In this document: piece by piece, positions 26,279 to 36,065 of the stretch | Position numbering within the stretch: position 1 is the stretch's first letter | Layout: every line of letters starts with the position of its first letter | Assembly: GCA_964486455.1 (NCBI GenBank) | Contig: CAZAMP010000018.1 | Span: forward strand, 14,971-78,970 | DNA length: 64,000 nt | Direction of reading: 5' to 3' | Source: an uncultured bacterium | GTDB taxonomy: Bacteria > Eisenbacteria > RBG-16-71-46 > CAZAMP01 | Position numbers and translations under genes: made by a program | The notes under the pieces: model-generated | What the model was told of the DNA's origin: nothing | Databases searched by the model: none | Seen by the model: the letters and a program-made list of their open reading frames with translations, nothing else

Positions 26279-28259
26279 GGCCGGCGTCTTCCCAAGTGAA
26301 ACGGTAGATGCTCGTCGCTCCGTCGGGCGATACGAAATCGGCGGGACGATCGGACAGCAGCGACTGAAGCGACGGGTCCATCTTCTCGCTTTCACTCTTG
26401 AGGTGAGATCCCTTGGCAAACACCCAGACCACCGGCCACTTCTCGCAGTATGCCAGGAAATCGTCCAGCGTCGGGATCAACTCGGCGCTCAGGTAGATAT
26501 CTCGGATCGTGCCGAGCGAATCCACGTAGGCCTGACGGCCCCACCCCCGCCAACGTGTCCATGCATCGACCCGCTCCAGATAAGCGTAGGTCATGAGCCA
26601 GTCCGTCGCCACAACCCTATCACCGGGTTCCAACCGCGGCCGCAGCCATTCCACGGCGCTCTCGATGTCCCACGCCACCCGCGTGCCGGGGGTCCACCAG
26701 TCCTCACCGGTCTCACGAGTCACGTAGGCCGTCGACTTCTGCAGAACCCCACCCATGAGAAACGCGATAGCGGCGAGCGCGGTCACGGCGATCGGCATGG
26801 GCGCGGTCCGAGGCCCGCCCCGCGAAACGAGCTGGTTGAGCCAGTCGAGACCCCGCACGACCGACCAGCCGGCGAGAAGCCCCCAAAGCGGCCAGATCTC
26901 GACGAGAAACCGGGCCTGCGTCTTCCACGTGAGAAGCCCGCGGGTCAAGAGCAGGAGGATCACCGCCAGTAGAAGAAAGCGCTCTCCAAACGTTGCGTTC
27001 CCCCGCCAGGCGCGAACGGTGATCGCCACCGCACCCGCGCAGGCCGCGATGCCGACCGGCAGCGCATCGAGGAGGTAGCTGAGGTAGCGTGCCGGCCAAC
27101 GCAGGATGATCTCGACGGAATCACGGAGTCCACAACCCATGGACTTGGCGGCGACAACCCAGACGATCCCCGCGATCATGACGGTGACGAGCCCGATCGC
27201 AAGCGCCCGTGATCCCGTCGGGCCCGGAAAGAGTTCGTCCTTGTGAAGAATCAGGATCACCATGGCGGCGACGGCCACGCCCACTTGATGCACTCCGGCG
27301 GCCGCGAGTGCGAACGCGAGGCCGAGCATGCCGAGAAGTCGAGTGAGCCACGGCCGCCCGCGGGTCGCCGAGATGGCCACGACGGCGAACACAACGGCGA
27401 AGACGACGCCCAGCGCGTAAGGGCCGATGTCCCCGATCAGCATCGTCGACAGCGCCCACGGATCCTGGGAGAGCGTATCCTGAATCGGCTGAGAGGCGAC
27501 CTTCTCGGCAATGTCGGGAACCGGTTCCACCGCATTCTCATGGCCGCCCATGAACGCGCTCCGGTTCCAGGCCTGGTGCCACTTGGCGACGGCGATCAAC
27601 ACCGTCGCCGACACCAATACGGAAAGGCGCATGCGCCATGATGACCACCGAACGAGTACCGGGATGAAAAGCACGCATAATGTCCCGCCTAGCTGGTGCG
27701 CCCCCATCGACAGTAGGACCAATGCAGAGGCTATCCAGAGATCGCGGTGCTTCCCCGATTCCCAGAGCCGATACACCGCGAACATCGCCAACATCGCGAG
27801 AAGTGAGTAGAGCGAGTACATGCGGACGTATCGCCCAAGCATGACCTCTTCCCACACAACGGCGAAGATCACCGCGCCCGCGACAGCGCTCCACGCTCCA
27901 ACCCATGGCCGACCGAGTCGGAGCACCGCCACCCCACCGAGCACCGAGAAAAAGATCGACACGAGACGCGGCAGCCAGTCCGTATGCGTGGCCGCGAGCG
28001 GCGCGATCACATAGTGATAGAGCGGGGCCCGGAGGTAGAGATGACCGGAGGGGAGCTGGGGCTCTCCGGTCTCGGCGATCCCACGCGCGACGATCGTGCT
28101 GATATCCTCGTCACCGTGAAGTCCCTGCCGATCCAGGAAAGGCAGACGGAAGAGCAGCATCAGGAGGATCACCGCCAGGAGGATCCCCCATCCCATTCGC
28201 GTGGTTGGAGCGGTCACACTGCTCATTCGGCTTCCTTGTTCACCCGCCGGACCTGCCAA
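26259..28259 (-). CDS. GT-C family glycosyltransferase (ArnT/PMT-like, polyprenyl-phosphate-sugar dependent) with C-terminal periplasmic domain
   Basis: 666 aa with more than 10 TM helices. First periplasmic loop LHGDEDISTIVARGIAETG carries the DE/DD motif of GT39/GT83. Overlaps the upstream CE4 gene by 20 nt. Confidence 0.6.
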   Translation of the reverse strand: MAGPAGEQGSRMSSVTAPTTRMGWGILLAVILLMLLFRLPFLDRQGLHGDEDISTIVARGIAETGEPQLPSGHLYLRAPLYHYVIAPLAATHTDWLPRLVSIFFSVLGGVAVLRLGRPWVGAWSAVAGAVIFAVVWEEVMLGRYVRMYSLYSLLAMLAMFAVYRLWESGKHRDLWIASALVLLSMGAHQLGGTLCVLFIPVLVRWSSWRMRLSVLVSATVLIAVAKWHQAWNRSAFMGGHENAVEPVPDIAEKVASQPIQDTLSQDPWALSTMLIGDIGPYALGVVFAVVFAVVAISATRGRPWLTRLLGMLGLAFALAAAGVHQVGVAVAAMVILILHKDELFPGPTGSRALAIGLVTVMIAGIVWVVAAKSMGCGLRDSVEIILRWPARYLSYLLDALPVGIAACAGAVAITVRAWRGNATFGERFLLLAVILLLLTRGLLTWKTQARFLVEIWPLWGLLAGWSVVRGLDWLNQLVSRGGPRTAPMPIAVTALAAIAFLMGGVLQKSTAYVTRETGEDWWTPGTRVAWDIESAVEWLRPRLEPGDRVVATDWLMTYAYLERVDAWTRWRGWGRQAYVDSLGTIRDIYLSAELIPTLDDFLAYCEKWPVVWVFAKGSHLKSESEKMDPSLQSLLSDRPADFVSPDGATSIYRFTWEDAGLTAERP

Positions 28260-29280
28260 ACCTCAAGTTTCGTAACAGCAGGACGTCAAAAACCCCCAGC
28301 AACTCCGCTTCGAAGAGCGTCCAGGAGAAGTCCCTTCCCGTCAGTGAGTACTTCGGCTCACTGACCCCGATTCTTGGGATTCGAAATGGATCCGAGCGCA
28401 ATGAATAGTAGCCTTTCTCCGTCGTGAAAGCGTAAGTGAATCCGGCGCCTCGGACCCGATCCACGATTCGATCGTCGTGGCTCCCATTGGGATAGGCGAA
28501 GAGCTCGAGCCCACTCCCCAGTCGCTCGGACAGATCGTTTCGGCATCCGTCGATCTCGCCTTCCAGCTCGGCACCGGTGCAGTGGGTCAGAATGGCGTGG
28601 GCGCGGCCGTGACCGGCGAATTCCGCCCCTTCGCCGAGCATGGCGCGGGCCTGGTCGAACGTCATGGCCTGGGGAACCTCGTGAGGGTCGATCCGCGCCG
28701 CCGCCGTGACGATCAGCTCCCGTACCTCATCGCGAAGCGCGGAGTACGGCAGCCCCTTCAGCCGAGCGATGGCCGACTCCGCCGCATGCCCGTACGTGGC
28801 CTCCCCTACGCCACTGACCGGATAGGCCGAGCCACCTTCCGGGCGGTGAGTGGCGGCCACGATCTCCCACCAGAGCGGGGAGATCCCGGCGACGAATTCC
28901 GTGGTGAGGCAAAATATGGCCGTGGCGCCGACCTCACGAAGAATGGGCCAGGCGTTGACGGCATTGTCGAGATAGCCATCGTCGAACGTGATGGCCATAT
29001 GCGGGCGGGGGTCGCCGCGCCGGGCGGCCGACACGCAATCCTCCCACGGGGCGACTCGGTATCGCCGGGTGACCTCCGCGACCAGCTTCGCGAATAGCTC
29101 GGTCGGCACGCCCATCGGAACGCGGGCGTCCGGATCGCCGTCGACCCGATGCAGCCAGAGAACGGGAATCTGCCCTCGCCGCGCGCGATGACGCCTGAGC
29201 CAGCGCAATATGCCGGTGGCACGGAGAACGGCGGCAATGATCCATTTGACCAGCTGCACCGCTCTCTGGAAGCTTCCCAT
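28240..29280 (-). CDS. Polysaccharide deacetylase (CE4 / NodB domain)
   Basis: ITFDDGYLDNAVNAWPILREVGATAIFCL and FAYPNGSHDDRIV motifs. Confidence 0.7.
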   Translation of the reverse strand: MGSFQRAVQLVKWIIAAVLRATGILRWLRRHRARRGQIPVLWLHRVDGDPDARVPMGVPTELFAKLVAEVTRRYRVAPWEDCVSAARRGDPRPHMAITFDDGYLDNAVNAWPILREVGATAIFCLTTEFVAGISPLWWEIVAATHRPEGGSAYPVSGVGEATYGHAAESAIARLKGLPYSALRDEVRELIVTAAARIDPHEVPQAMTFDQARAMLGEGAEFAGHGRAHAILTHCTGAELEGEIDGCRNDLSERLGSGLELFAYPNGSHDDRIVDRVRGAGFTYAFTTEKGYYSLRSDPFRIPRIGVSEPKYSLTGRDFSWTLFEAELLGVFDVLLLRNLRFGRSGG

Positions 29281-29521
29281 CAGATCTCCTGCTCTGCGCG
29301 GGTCCCCCGCAGATACTCCCGTATGGCCGAGTTCTTAGCAGAACGCGGTCCAATAGGAAAGCCCGGGGGCCCAGGCTCGGCTCTCGGGCCACGAAAGCGC
29401 GATTCCCCGCCTCCTTCCCGCTTGTCGGCCCCTGGAAACGCAAGTAGACTTTCCCGGCCTTTCTACAGACAGGATCGGGTGCCGGAGGCCCCGTGGGGAC
29501 AGCAATCGGAGGTGTGGTGAT

Positions 29522-30497
29522 GTCGAAGAGGGAGATGAGAAACATCCTGGTGACGGGTGCCGTCGGCCAGATCGGATCGGAGCTGACGCTGGCACTCCGG
29601 GAACGCTATGGCTCGGAAAATGTTGTGGCGACTGGGAGAAAGACGGATCCCACCCCCGATCTCCGCGACTCCGGACCGTTCTACTTCATCGACGTGACGC
29701 AGCGCGCTTCGCTCGACGTCGTGATCAAGAAGCACAACATCGACACGATCTACCACATGGCGGCCGTCCTCTCCGCGACCGGCGAAAAGAACCCACCGCT
29801 CTGCTGGGACGTGAACATGAACGGCACGCTCAATGTGCTGGAAGCGGCGCGCGATTACGAGATGGCGCGCGTGATCATGCCGTCGTCGATCGCCGTCTTC
29901 GGACCGCTCTCGCCCCGCGACAACACGCCGCAAGACACGATCCTCTGTCCCTCCACGATGTACGGCGTGACGAAGGTCGCGGGCGAAGTGCTCTGCAACT
30001 ACTACGTGCAGCGATTCGGCGTGGATATCCGCGGGCTTCGCTACCCGGGCATTATCTCGAGCGAAACACTGCCGGGCGGCGGAACGACCGACTACGCGGT
30101 GGCCATCTACTACGACGCGGTCAAGCACAACAAATACACCTGCTTCGTTCGCGAAGACACGGTGCTCCCGATGATGTACATGCCCGACTGCATCAAGGCG
30201 ACGATCGATCTCGCCGAGGCGGAGTTCGACACGCTCAAGCACCATGCTGATTTCAACGTCGGCGCGTTCAGCTTCTCCGTGGGCGAACTCGCCGCGAGCA
30301 TCGCGAAGTATATGCCTGGCTTCACGTGTACCTACGAGCCGGACTTCCGGCAGGCGATCGCGGATTCGTGGCCGAGGTCTCTGGATGACAGCGCCGCCCG
30401 CGAGGAGTGGGGTTGGAAGCCGGGCTACGACCTCGATGCGATGACGAAGGATATGCTGGAGAAGCTCAAGGCGAGGCACGAGAAGGGCGAGCTGTAG
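29522..30497 (+). CDS. NAD-dependent epimerase/dehydratase-family SDR, L-threonine 3-dehydrogenase-like
   Basis: ILVTGAVGQIGSEL Rossmann motif and YGVTK (YxxxK) catalytic motif, with overall collinearity to short-type TDH. Start trimmed to MSKREMRN (the ORF is called from 29493). Confidence 0.7.
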
Positions 30498-30594
30498 GCA
30501 ACCTGCGCCGGAACGCGAGCCGCGCGGACGGCCGAACCACACCGGCCGCCCCGCCGCTTCCGGCGGAGCCGAACCCCATAGGGCCTCTCGTACG

Positions 30595-31356
30595 ATGAAG
30601 CAGAAGCTGATCATCGTTCCCGCGTACAACGAGGCCGCCAACATCGTTGGCGTAATCGCCGATCTGCGTGAGCACTGTCCGGGTTTCGACATCGTCGTGA
30701 TCAACGACCACTCCACGGACGGCACGGCCGCAGCCGCGTTGGCGGCCGGCGTGGAGCTTCTCGACCTCCCGGTCAATCTCGGGATCGGCGGCGCTGTTCA
30801 GACCGGCTTCCGCTACGCCTGGCGGCACGGCTACGACCTCGTCGTTCGTGTGGACGGCGACGGCCAACATCGCGCTGATCAGATCCCGTCGCTCATCGCG
30901 CCTATCCTCAACGGCAACGCCGATTGCGTTAACGGCTCGCGCTTTCTGAACCGGGACGGACGCGCCGACTGGCCACGCGCGCGACGGGCGGGGACGATGG
31001 TCTTCTCCGTTCTGAGCAAGCTGCTGCTCAGGAAACGGATCACCGACGCCACTTCCGGGTTTCGCGCGTACTCCCGCCGTGTCATCAGACACCTGGCTGA
31101 GCACTATCCCGAGGACTATCCCGAACCGGAGATCGTGAATCGGCTCGTGCAGCTCGGCATGCGGCTCGAGGAAGTGCCGGTCACGATGCGCAAGCGTGGC
31201 GGCGGAACGTCGTCGATCACGTTCCTCAAATCGATCTACTACATGGTCAAGGTCGTGATGGCCGTCCTGATCAATACGCCGGTCTTTCCGTCGCGGAAGA
31301 GATCGCCGGGGACGCCAGAAAGCTCCCCCGGAACATCCACGAGGAGCGAACCGTGA
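30595..31356 (+). CDS. GT2 glycosyltransferase, polyprenyl-phosphate sugar synthase-like (DPM1/ArnC/GtrB-type)
   Basis: LIIVPAYNEAANI and VVINDHSTDGT motifs, plus VDGDGQH (DxD region). Confidence 0.75.
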   Translation: MKQKLIIVPAYNEAANIVGVIADLREHCPGFDIVVINDHSTDGTAAAALAAGVELLDLPVNLGIGGAVQTGFRYAWRHGYDLVVRVDGDGQHRADQIPSLIAPILNGNADCVNGSRFLNRDGRADWPRARRAGTMVFSVLSKLLLRKRITDATSGFRAYSRRVIRHLAEHYPEDYPEPEIVNRLVQLGMRLEEVPVTMRKRGGGTSSITFLKSIYYMVKVVMAVLINTPVFPSRKRSPGTPESSPGTSTRSEP

Positions 31357-31769
31357 CGCGATTCCAGATCATCGCGTTCTTCGCCGGATTAGCCTTTCTT
31401 CTCGTGATCGTGCAGCTGATCCGCCGGCATCATCTCAAGGAGAAGTACAGTCTGATCTGGTTTCTCGCGGCGCTTCTGTTGATCGTGTTCGCCGTGTGGA
31501 GAAGCCTGGTCGAGATACTCGCGAATCTCTTCGGCATCGACTACGCGCCTGCGGTGTTGTTGCTGTTGCTCGTCTTCATTGGGGCCGGGTTCTTCCTGGC
31601 GTTCTCGGTCATCGCGACGAAGCTCTCGAACCGGAGCCGGCGGCTCGCCCAGGAGGTCGCGTTGCTCAAGAATGAGCTGGCGGCGATGGAGGGTCGCGCC
31701 GGCGGCGCGAGCGACCGGCGGAACGACGAATCCGGCGGTGCAACGGACCAACCGGCAGATTCATCGTAG
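31353..31769 (+). CDS. DUF2304-like small membrane protein (GT2 partner)
   Basis: Three TM helices and translationally coupled (4-nt overlap) to the GT2. This family commonly accompanies GT2 polyprenyl-P-glycosyltransferases. Confidence 0.5.
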   Translation: MTRFQIIAFFAGLAFLLVIVQLIRRHHLKEKYSLIWFLAALLLIVFAVWRSLVEILANLFGIDYAPAVLLLLLVFIGAGFFLAFSVIATKLSNRSRRLAQEVALLKNELAAMEGRAGGASDRRNDESGGATDQPADSS

Positions 31770-31795
31770 CGCACCGCGCCCAAAGGAGGCTTCTC

Positions 31796-32218
31796 ATGCC
31801 GTCCGTCTTCACTCGAATCATCAACGGCGAGTTCCCCGGACGCTTCGTCTGGCGCGATGATCAGTGTGTCGCGTTTCTCACCATCAATCCGCTCAAGCCC
31901 GGGCACACGCTGGTCGTGCCGCGCGCCGAGGTCGATCATTGGATCGATATGGATGAGTCGCTCGTCTCCCACCTGAACCTCGTTGCGCTGAAGATCGGGA
32001 AGGCGATCGACAAGGTGTTTTCGCCGGCCAAGGTCGGCGTGATTCTCGCGGGACTCGAGGTGCCGCACGTTCACATCCACGTGTTGCCGATCTGGAGCGA
32101 GTCGGACCTCAACTTCGCGAACGCGGAGCGCGAACCCGACCCGGCGGCGCTGGACGACGCGGCGGAGAAGATCCGGGCGGAGCTGAAGGCGCTCGGTTTT
32201 CGGGAGGTTTCGGAGTAG
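31796..32218 (+). CDS. HIT family (histidine triad) protein
   Basis: HVHIHVLP histidine triad motif in a 140-aa protein. Confidence 0.8.
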   Translation: MPSVFTRIINGEFPGRFVWRDDQCVAFLTINPLKPGHTLVVPRAEVDHWIDMDESLVSHLNLVALKIGKAIDKVFSPAKVGVILAGLEVPHVHIHVLPIWSESDLNFANAEREPDPAALDDAAEKIRAELKALGFREVSE

Positions 32219-32425
32219 CCGCGGCCGGAGACGGCCGTCGGACGCCCCGTGCAGAGCGATGGTGGCCGCGATAGGTTGACGATTTTTCGCAAGTCGGTAT
32301 AGAATCTATTGACAGTAGATCCCCCTCATCGACCGATCGCCGGTGAGCCGGAACGCCTCGGCTTTGGTGTAACCGGTTACGTAACAACGGATTGCTTGTC
32401 TGCGCCCCGCAACTTCGGAGGGAAA

Positions 32426-34147
32426 ATGTCAGCTTGCCGATATGCTGCCGCACCACGGCCGACCGCCGGGGTGACCGTGACACTATTTATTGTCACCCTT
32501 GCAGTCGCCTTGAGTGGCGTGACGCCCGCCGCCGCCGTAACTAAAGCTCCCCCAAAGAGTTTCACCGAATCGGTCGCCGATCTGTCGACGGTCGCCCGGA
32601 CTGCAATGCCACCTGTCGACGAGGCGGCGCTCGTCGAGGAGGACGAGGACCGCTACGCCACCGGCTGGGACGGCCCGTTTCGCTTCGCCGCTCCCCACTT
32701 CGTGAACATCGACTTCCTGACCGAGGCCACGCCGGAGTTGGTGAACGACGGCGGGACGATGTGGCGGCTCCGCGTCGTCTCGGAGGGCGCGCGCACGATC
32801 AATATCGGCATCGCCGGGTTCGAGCTCCCGGTCGGCGCGACGTTTCACATGTATCCCAGCGATCTCCACACGTACGTGGGTCCGTTCGGGTCGGCGGATC
32901 ACATCGCGGAGCGCGAGTTCTGGAGCCCGGTGATTCCCGGCGATCAGATCGTCTTGGAGCTCTACGTGCCGGCCGACGCCGCGTTCACGCCGACCCTCGA
33001 GATCATTCAGGTCAACCACGACTACATCGGGTTCGGTGACATCGACTCGGACCCGGACGGGCACATGATGCAGGGCTGGTGCAACAACGACGTCGTCTGT
33101 CCCGAAGGCGATCCCTGGCGCGACGAGATCCGCTCGGAAGGTGTGTACACGATCAACGGGAGTTGGATGTGTTCGGGTCAGATGCTGAACAGCGTTGCGG
33201 AGACACCGCCTCCCTACTTTCTGACGGCGGATCACTGCGGCATCAGCGGCGGCAATGATCACGCGGTTCGGATCTACTGGAACTTCGAGTCGCCGGACTG
33301 CGGCGATCTCTGCTGCGGAAGCCTCAGCGACAGCCAGCAGGGAACGATCTTCCGCGCGGACTACTCGACGTCGGACTTCTGCCTCGTCGAGCTCTCGCAG
33401 GATCCCGACCCCGACTTCGACGTCTACTACTCGGGCTGGGACGCCCGCGAAGAGAACGCGCCGCAGAGATGCACCGCCATTCATCATCCGAACACGGACG
33501 AGAAGGCGATCAGCTTCAACTACGACCCGATCACCGTCACGAGCTACTTGAGCAACAGCGTTCCCGGAAACGGTTCGCACTGGCGCGTGGACGATTGGGA
33601 AGACGGCACGACCGAGCCGGGTTCGTCCGGGTCGGGGATCTGGGACGAGAACCACCATCTCGTCGGACAGCTCCATGGCGGGTATGCCTCTTGCTCGTCG
33701 ATCACGTCGGACTGGTACGGACGCTTCTCGGTGTCGTGGGACGACGGAAGCAACCAGAGCTCGCGGCTCAGAGATTGGCTCGATCCCGACAACACCGGTA
33801 CGCGGGTGCTCGACGGTCGCGATCCGGATGACCCGCTTGCGGTGGACGGCGATCAGGCGGTCCCTGGTGCGGCGACGCTGCTCGCGGTCAATCCGAATCC
33901 ATTCAGTCGGTCGACGGAGATCCGGTTCGAGCTCACGTCGGCGGGCAATGTTGCCGTCACGATCCACGACGTCGCGGGGCGGATCGTGTCGTCGGTTCCG
34001 GCCAAGTCATACGGCGCCGGCGAGTCGCGCGTAAGCTGGGATGGAAACGATGCGAACGGCATGCCGCTGCCGGCGGGCGTCTACTTCGTCCGGCTGGCCG
34101 TTGGCGAGCGATCGGTAGGAACGACCAAGATCGTCATGATGCGGTAG
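32426..34147 (+). CDS. Secreted S1-family (trypsin/lysyl-endopeptidase-like) serine peptidase with C-terminal T9SS/FlgD-Ig-like sorting domain
   Basis: Start trimmed to MSACRYAAA... (preceded by GGAGGGAAA) with a signal peptide. LTADHC (His) and EPGSSGSGIWD (GxSGS Ser) motifs. C-terminal approximately 80 aa NPNPFSRSTEIRFEL...GVYFVRL. Confidence 0.6.
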   Translation: MSACRYAAAPRPTAGVTVTLFIVTLAVALSGVTPAAAVTKAPPKSFTESVADLSTVARTAMPPVDEAALVEEDEDRYATGWDGPFRFAAPHFVNIDFLTEATPELVNDGGTMWRLRVVSEGARTINIGIAGFELPVGATFHMYPSDLHTYVGPFGSADHIAEREFWSPVIPGDQIVLELYVPADAAFTPTLEIIQVNHDYIGFGDIDSDPDGHMMQGWCNNDVVCPEGDPWRDEIRSEGVYTINGSWMCSGQMLNSVAETPPPYFLTADHCGISGGNDHAVRIYWNFESPDCGDLCCGSLSDSQQGTIFRADYSTSDFCLVELSQDPDPDFDVYYSGWDAREENAPQRCTAIHHPNTDEKAISFNYDPITVTSYLSNSVPGNGSHWRVDDWEDGTTEPGSSGSGIWDENHHLVGQLHGGYASCSSITSDWYGRFSVSWDDGSNQSSRLRDWLDPDNTGTRVLDGRDPDDPLAVDGDQAVPGAATLLAVNPNPFSRSTEIRFELTSAGNVAVTIHDVAGRIVSSVPAKSYGAGESRVSWDGNDANGMPLPAGVYFVRLAVGERSVGTTKIVMMR

Positions 34148-34227
34148 GATCGTGTCAGAAGAGGAAGTACGTACAGAAGGGGCGCCGAGTGGCGCCCATT
34201 CTTATTGGCTGCATTTTTCGCGCGGAG

Positions 34228-35133
34228 CTAGGCGATCATCTCCGCGCTCTCGTGCGCACGCGCAATGCGGTTCTCGTTGAGCCCCACCCAGAACGCGTTG
34301 ACGCCGTCGAGCATGTCGCGACCGCCGCGCATGAACTTCTCCTCGTCGAAGCCTTCGGTGAAGAACGCCTCCTCCAGCTCGTCCATGACGTGGAGCTTGT
34401 GATTCTCTTCCACCTTGTCGTGCCAGGTGAAGAACGCGAGCGGGAGATCGGACTGCTCGCGCTTCTTGAAGATCTCGAGACCGCGGACGAGCTCCTTCCA
34501 GAAACCCGCCGCCGCCCACGTCTCGACCGCGAAGCTTGCGCCCTCGGCGATGTTCGGATCTGCCGAGCCGTAGATCCGCGCGAGCTCGTCGCAGAAGAAG
34601 AGCGTCGACGGCGTGCCGTGACGCCGCTTGCCCATCTCTTCGAACTCGAGATCGAGAACTCGGCCCATTCGGGAGAGCCACTCGAAGTGCGCGGCCTTGA
34701 ACTTGAACATTCCGCCATCGACGGTTCCCTCGGTGGATACGAGATCGGGATCGCCTTCACGGTCCGGATCGGTGACGCCCTGCGGCCGGCCATTGCCGCC
34801 CTTCTTGTTGTAGATCACACCCAGCTCGTTGAGGAGAATCTCCTTCGACGCGCGCATGCCTTCGAGTGTGGTCGCGTTGATGGTCTTCTGAAGCTGCGCG
34901 ATGAGAAAGAGATTCGAGAAGACCGAGAACTGCACGATGAAATGCCGGAGGTCTTCGCGCCCGTACTCCCCCTTCTCGAACCAGCGCGTGTAGGCGTTGT
35001 CCGTGATCACGGGATGCGGCATCAGCTCCTGGTTGATACGCTCGACGAAGCTGCTAAATCGGTCGAACTGGTCTTGCGTGATCTCGCCGGACGTCTTGCG
35101 GGCCATCATGTCGTCGGATACGGCCAATCGCAT
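34228..35133 (-). CDS. Haem-oxygenase-like fold, iron-containing redox enzyme family protein (TenA/PqqC/CADD-like), hypothetical
   Basis: Start trimmed to MRLAVSDD (AAGGAG RBS immediately upstream; the upstream ORF part lies in AT-rich non-coding DNA). All-helical protein with E/H-containing motifs. Family assignment is tentative. Confidence 0.4.
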   Translation of the reverse strand: MRLAVSDDMMARKTSGEITQDQFDRFSSFVERINQELMPHPVITDNAYTRWFEKGEYGREDLRHFIVQFSVFSNLFLIAQLQKTINATTLEGMRASKEILLNELGVIYNKKGGNGRPQGVTDPDREGDPDLVSTEGTVDGGMFKFKAAHFEWLSRMGRVLDLEFEEMGKRRHGTPSTLFFCDELARIYGSADPNIAEGASFAVETWAAAGFWKELVRGLEIFKKREQSDLPLAFFTWHDKVEENHKLHVMDELEEAFFTEGFDEEKFMRGGRDMLDGVNAFWVGLNENRIARAHESAEMIA

Positions 35134-35436
35134 ACGATTCTCCTTGTCTGTGCGTCTACGGAAATGGCGCGGTGGTGATTGCGTGCGTGGTAGTGAATTA
35201 TGATAAAAATTACAGGAGAATCGCTCGAAAAACAAATCAGAAAGCGCTCACGACAGCTCGAGCGGGCGCGGCTCATCGCTTCCGTCTTCGTGCGCGCTCA
35301 GATGCTAATGCGATCATCTACTGGTTTTCTCGTAGCGCGGACTCACGCACGCTACACGTCGAGTCTTCGTCCCACACGCAGAACACGCTTCCCGTCGTGA
35401 CGAACGCCGTCATATCGACGGAGACAGGTTCACGCA

Positions 35437-35484
35437 AAGAAAACCCCGCGCGGAGGCGCACGAGATGCGCCCGGCGCACGGGGT
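35437..35484 (-). terminator. Rho-independent terminator downstream of the 35508..36065 gene
   Basis: Minus-strand reading: GC-rich stem CCCCGUGCGC...GCGCGCGGGG (one mismatch) followed by UUUUCUU. Confidence 0.5.
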
Positions 35485-35507
35485 CCGAATCCTGACCGCT
35501 AGAGCGC

Positions 35508-36065
35508 CTAGTGACCGTGCTTGGAATGATCGTGGCCGGCATGCGGATCCTTCATCTGCATGGAGGCCCGGGCCAGAAGCGCGCTGGTGTCACGGGCCAT
35601 CGAGGCATAGGCGTGGAGCGCCTTCACGCCCTCGCTCGTCGATGACGTCGCGACGACAATCTTGCCGAGGGCCGTCGTGAACTCCTCAACCTCGATGTCA
35701 CCCCGCGACATCAAGCCGTGCATCCCCGAACAGAACGGACACAGATGCTCTTCCGCTTCCTTCGGCGAATAGTCCATTGCGGTCTTGCGCGTGACCGCGC
35801 ACTTCGACTCGCACTCGCGAAGCTGTGGGACCAGCTTTTCGTCCGCGAGCATGAATGCCGACACGAAGCCGGTGTCTGTCTCATGAACATCGTAGCGAAT
35901 CTGCGGGCCGAGCTGCGGGTATTCCATCATCGGCTTGCAGGACGTGCAGCTCATCATCTTGTGCATCGCCTGCTCCGGTGTCATGTCAATGGCCATAGCC
36001 CAGGAGGCGACCAACGAGACGGAGAGCATCGTAATACCGAGGACCTTCTTCATTTCTTCCTCCAA
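35508..36065 (-). CDS. Secreted Cys/His-rich hypothetical protein (possible metal-binding)
   Basis: Signal peptide, CxxC-like Cys pairs (CTSCKP, CPFCSG) and a His-rich C-terminus HAGHDHSKHGH. Terminator downstream. Confidence 0.4.
   Translation of the reverse strand: MEEEMKKVLGITMLSVSLVASWAMAIDMTPEQAMHKMMSCTSCKPMMEYPQLGPQIRYDVHETDTGFVSAFMLADEKLVPQLRECESKCAVTRKTAMDYSPKEAEEHLCPFCSGMHGLMSRGDIEVEEFTTALGKIVVATSSTSEGVKALHAYASMARDTSALLARASMQMKDPHAGHDHSKHGH

Noticed and set aside
32483-33967. 494-aa minus-strand ORF
   Set aside because: Antisense to the S1 peptidase gene, which has catalytic His/Ser motifs and a signal peptide. Shadow ORF.
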